A stretch of DNA of 64,000 nt, from NCBI RefSeq assembly GCF_963921235.1, contig NC_086106.1, positions 17,484,001 through 17,548,000 of the forward strand. The letters run 5' to 3'. A program made the translations under genes and the position numbers. The DNA is from Mobula hypostoma. Lineage: Eukaryota. The first letter of the stretch is position 1. Each line of letters starts with the position of its first letter. Shown here piece by piece: positions 60,640-64,000 of the stretch. Below the pieces are notes generated by a model that saw only the letters and a list, made by a program, of their open reading frames with translations, searched no databases and had not been told where the DNA came from.

Positions 60640-63600
60640 GTTCTGCCTGATCTCACCTCGTAATGTTCTGATCACAAATGATCATGGTGCACGCTGCCGG
60701 ACTGTTGTTCCTTTGCTGAATTGGTCTGAAACCCAAGCAGCTTCGCCTGTCCTGAGCAGTGTCAAAGATCTTGCTCTGTGTCCGAGATCATGAATGCTCT
60801 CCGTTTTCTCACGCTGTGTTATCTCAAAATCTCTCACTTTGTCTAAATCCAGTCGGTGAGGTTGGAGGAGGGAAGGAAGAAGAGGCAGCTTGTTCTCAGT
60901 CTCCAGCCCATTGATGGCTCTGATGGGCTGGGAGAGGCATGGAGCAATAGGCTGGTAGTGCTTTGCAGGGGTCTCTCGCCTTCAGTAGGAGACTCTCCAC
61001 AGTGTGCACTGCTCTTTCCGCTTCTCCATTTATCTGTGGGTACTGTGGACCGGTTGTCTGGTATTTGTCTGGTACACAGTGTGGACATGGTGGAGGATTA
61101 CAAATACCTGGGGATATGAATTGACAATAAACTGGACTGGTCAAAGAACACTGAGGCTGTCTACAAGAAGGGTCAGAGCTGTCTCTATTTCCTGAGGAGA
61201 CTGAGGTCCTTTAACATCTGCCTGACGATGCTGAGGATGTTGAATGGCGAAGGCGTCTCTTTCAAGCCAGTGAAGTCTGAGCTCGTGAGCTCCTTTTGGA
61301 ACAGCTGGCCACCCACGATCACAGTGTTGCATGACCTTGCTGCAGATTTGGTCCGTTTTCAACTCAGCGCAAATTTCATCCACCTTACTTTGTGACGCAG
61401 GAAAGCTTTCATGTACCCAAGTGAAAAGGATAACAGTGTCTTCCATGAGGAAAACGTAAACTTCCTTCCACTCACTTTTGCATGGCATCCTCGACAGAGG
61501 GTCTGGTGTTGTGAAGGATTTGCCAGGGACATGTTCAATGTCATAACAGTATCACATAAGCCTCATTCTGAATCTTTGCAGATGTGGAGGTAAGTCATCC
61601 AAGTGTTTTGAACTGAGGATGCTGATAAATGGCTTGTGGTCTGTTTGAAGTAGGAATTTAGGGCCAGTCAAGTAGCAGCTGAAGTGTTCACAAGCCCATA
61701 GGAAAGCCAGTGACTCCTTTTCAATTTGGGCCTAACACTGTTCAGTAGGAGTCAGTGCTCTTGATGCATATGCCACCGGTTTTCATACACCACTGCAGCT
61801 TTGCATGAGCACCCCCCCCCCAGGCCAAAGGAAGAAACGTCTGCTGAGACCCTGGTTGCTTTGTTTGGACCAAAGAATGTCAATGTTGGCGGAGTGATAA
61901 GCTCTGCTTTAAGTGATGAGAATGACTTCTCCTGTGGTGCGTCCCAGCTCCAAACATTTCTGAGGGAGGAGGTCGGGTGGTGGCTTTATTTTCTCTGCCA
62001 AATCTGGAATGACCTTTCCCAGCTGGTTTACCGTGCCAAGGAAATAGTGGATCTCTGATACATTCATCAGTTGTTCTCGCCGAACTCCTTCCAGTTTGTT
62101 CTGAATCTGGTTGCACTCCTTCTGAAGACAGTTGGTGGCATAAGAACTTCACCTTCTACTTCACAAATTCACATTTTTTTTTGTTCGGGGTGATTCTAGC
62201 CTGTTTCAGCTTCTCCAAGGCAGCTTCCATTCTTTTGTCATGTTCCTCACTTGAGCTTCTGAAGATAAGTATATCATCCAGTCCCCCTGAAATTTGGTTC
62301 ACCCTCATCTGAAAGAGTTCAGGGGCTGATGAGATGCCAAAATAGAGTCTCTAAAAGGCATAGCATCCACATGGTGTGATAAGGGTTGTGAGCTTCTGTG
62401 ACGCAGGAGCTAAATGGACCTGCCAGAACCCTCAGTTTGCATCTAGTCTGGTGAAGAACTTTTCTCCATGTAGCATACTCAATGTGGGTTCAACAGAGGG
62501 CAGAATAAACTTCTCCCCTCTCACTGCATTATTCAATTTTGTTAGATCAACACAGATCCTCACTGTGCCAGCTGGCCTGGGAGCAAGAACAATACCCACA
62601 CACCTCCACTCACTCAGGTTATTATGTCAAGCGCCTTCATTCTCTCAGGTTCAGCTTTGACTTGGTTCATCAAAGCGATCGGAGAGTAGGACATCACTCC
62701 TAACCTCAGCTGGATAAGGTACTCTTTCGATGCCCCCAGGCCTGTGAACAATTCCAGATACTTCTCCTGCCACTGAACATTGTGTAGTGATTCCAACCTT
62801 GCCATGAGGTTCAGCTCCTCGATGGCACGTCATCCAGAAGTGTAGATTCTGAACAACACAGGCATCCTCTTTTCACTGAGGTTAAGCTTCCCTGGCCCTA
62901 TGAGCACTGTCTTTGTTGGGTTTAGTGCAATGCCTGCTCTCTCCTCCAGTTCTGTGAACAGACGGTTGGGGATGGCTGTGACATCTGCCCCAGTGTCTGT
63001 ATTGAATGTCACTTCCTCATTTTGCTACTGAATAGTAGTACACCAGCCTTGTCTATCTGGATCTGAAGCCCCAAGGAAAGCTCTCTCTCTCTCTCTGTCT
63101 GAATCATGGTCTTCTTTGACCTGCTGAAGAACTTTGAACTTCTATAATGGCCAACTCTATTGCATTGGTGGCAATCACTTCTTTTGTGACAGAGCTCTTT
63201 GACGTGAAATGGAGACTTGCCGCATCTCTTTCAGTTGGACATTTTACTTGCTTTTTGTTTTGCTTGTCTGTTTTGTTTCAGCTGAGCTCCACTCTCACCT
63301 CTTTCTGGATACACTTTGTACCCTTCTTTTTGTACAGTTTCTAGCTTTACCTCAGCATCGTCTTCTTGCCTGAGTTCTGCTGTTGCTGATGAACAATCTC
63401 ACACTGCCTGACCATAGTAAAAGCTTCCTTTATTGTGAGATTTGCCTGCAACCGAAGTCTCGCGGACAATTTGGTGTCTGGTATCCTGACAGCAATCCTG
63501 CCTCTAATGAGCTCTTCTCTCAGATTTCCATGTGCACAGTTGTCTGACAGGGGATTAAATCATTTACACTTCCATCTGGGTCCTGTTTTCGGGAGTTGAA

Positions 63601-63960
63601 TTTTGCCCTGTTATATACATTTCATTTCACTTTTCAGAGAAATATTCTTTGAATTTGTCCTGCACTGTTTTATACTCCTTTTTTTCTGAGCATCTGTCAG
63701 TCCTAATCCATCCACGATGTCACTGGCTTTGTCACCCATGCAGTATATCAGTGTGCTTACTTGATGCTCTTCTGAAGCCTGAGTGAGATTGTTTCAACCC
63801 TAAATCTCTCAAAGCGTCTGAGACACCTCTCAAAGTCCCCTAGCTGAGAGAAATCAAATGTCTCGGGGGCTTTATCATGTAAGTAGATGTATGTTATTGT
63901 TGCTCTTCTCCATGCCTTCTTGAGCTGCTGGGGTGGCATTTTCCTGACTTCTCTTTAGCA
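60640..63960 (-). mobile_element. Decayed Ty3/Gypsy internal region (gag, protease, RT, RNase H, integrase)
   Basis: PETFDFSQ..RRFERFR (gag), DTGADVTAI (protease), LDDILIF (RT), QIEKESLAFLWACEHFSCYLTG..FLLQTDHKP (RNase H), YPQINGEAERAVHTV (integrase); many stops and frameshifts. Confidence 0.9.
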
Positions 63961-64000
63961 TTTGTCTGTTTTTTTTTATGAGGCCAGGTTGCTAGTTCGA

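Overview
Repeat-rich vertebrate genomic DNA. The repeat repertoire (CR1, Rex1/Babar, L1/Tx1, Nimb, Penelope-like, Gypsy LTRs, Tc1) resembles what I recall from cartilaginous fish, probably a ray; that taxon call is inference. The window holds three paralogous tandem C2H2 zinc-finger genes with no recognisable KRAB, BTB or SCAN domain: ZNF-A (+, CDS 1618-3132), ZNF-B (-, 21147-21806, truncated) and ZNF-C (-, 41173-42450). Each has a CpG-rich promoter/non-coding exon 1, one intron, one coding exon and a shared ~180-bp downstream block. The promoter module occurs six times, so three copies have no coding exon. The most notable non-genic signal is a set of Penelope-derived minimal hammerhead ribozymes. 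Several sit in ~200-230-bp fold-back inserts flanked by 13-14-bp target-site duplications (TSDs), and the copy at 29963-29998 has an intact catalytic core. A Nimb-type LINE spread over ~13 kb is broken by many nested insertions, and its RT core is replaced by a 25-bp x11 minisatellite built from the deletion junction. No tRNA, rRNA or CRISPR array was seen. TE family names come from recognising motifs by eye, and boundaries without a TSD are approximate.
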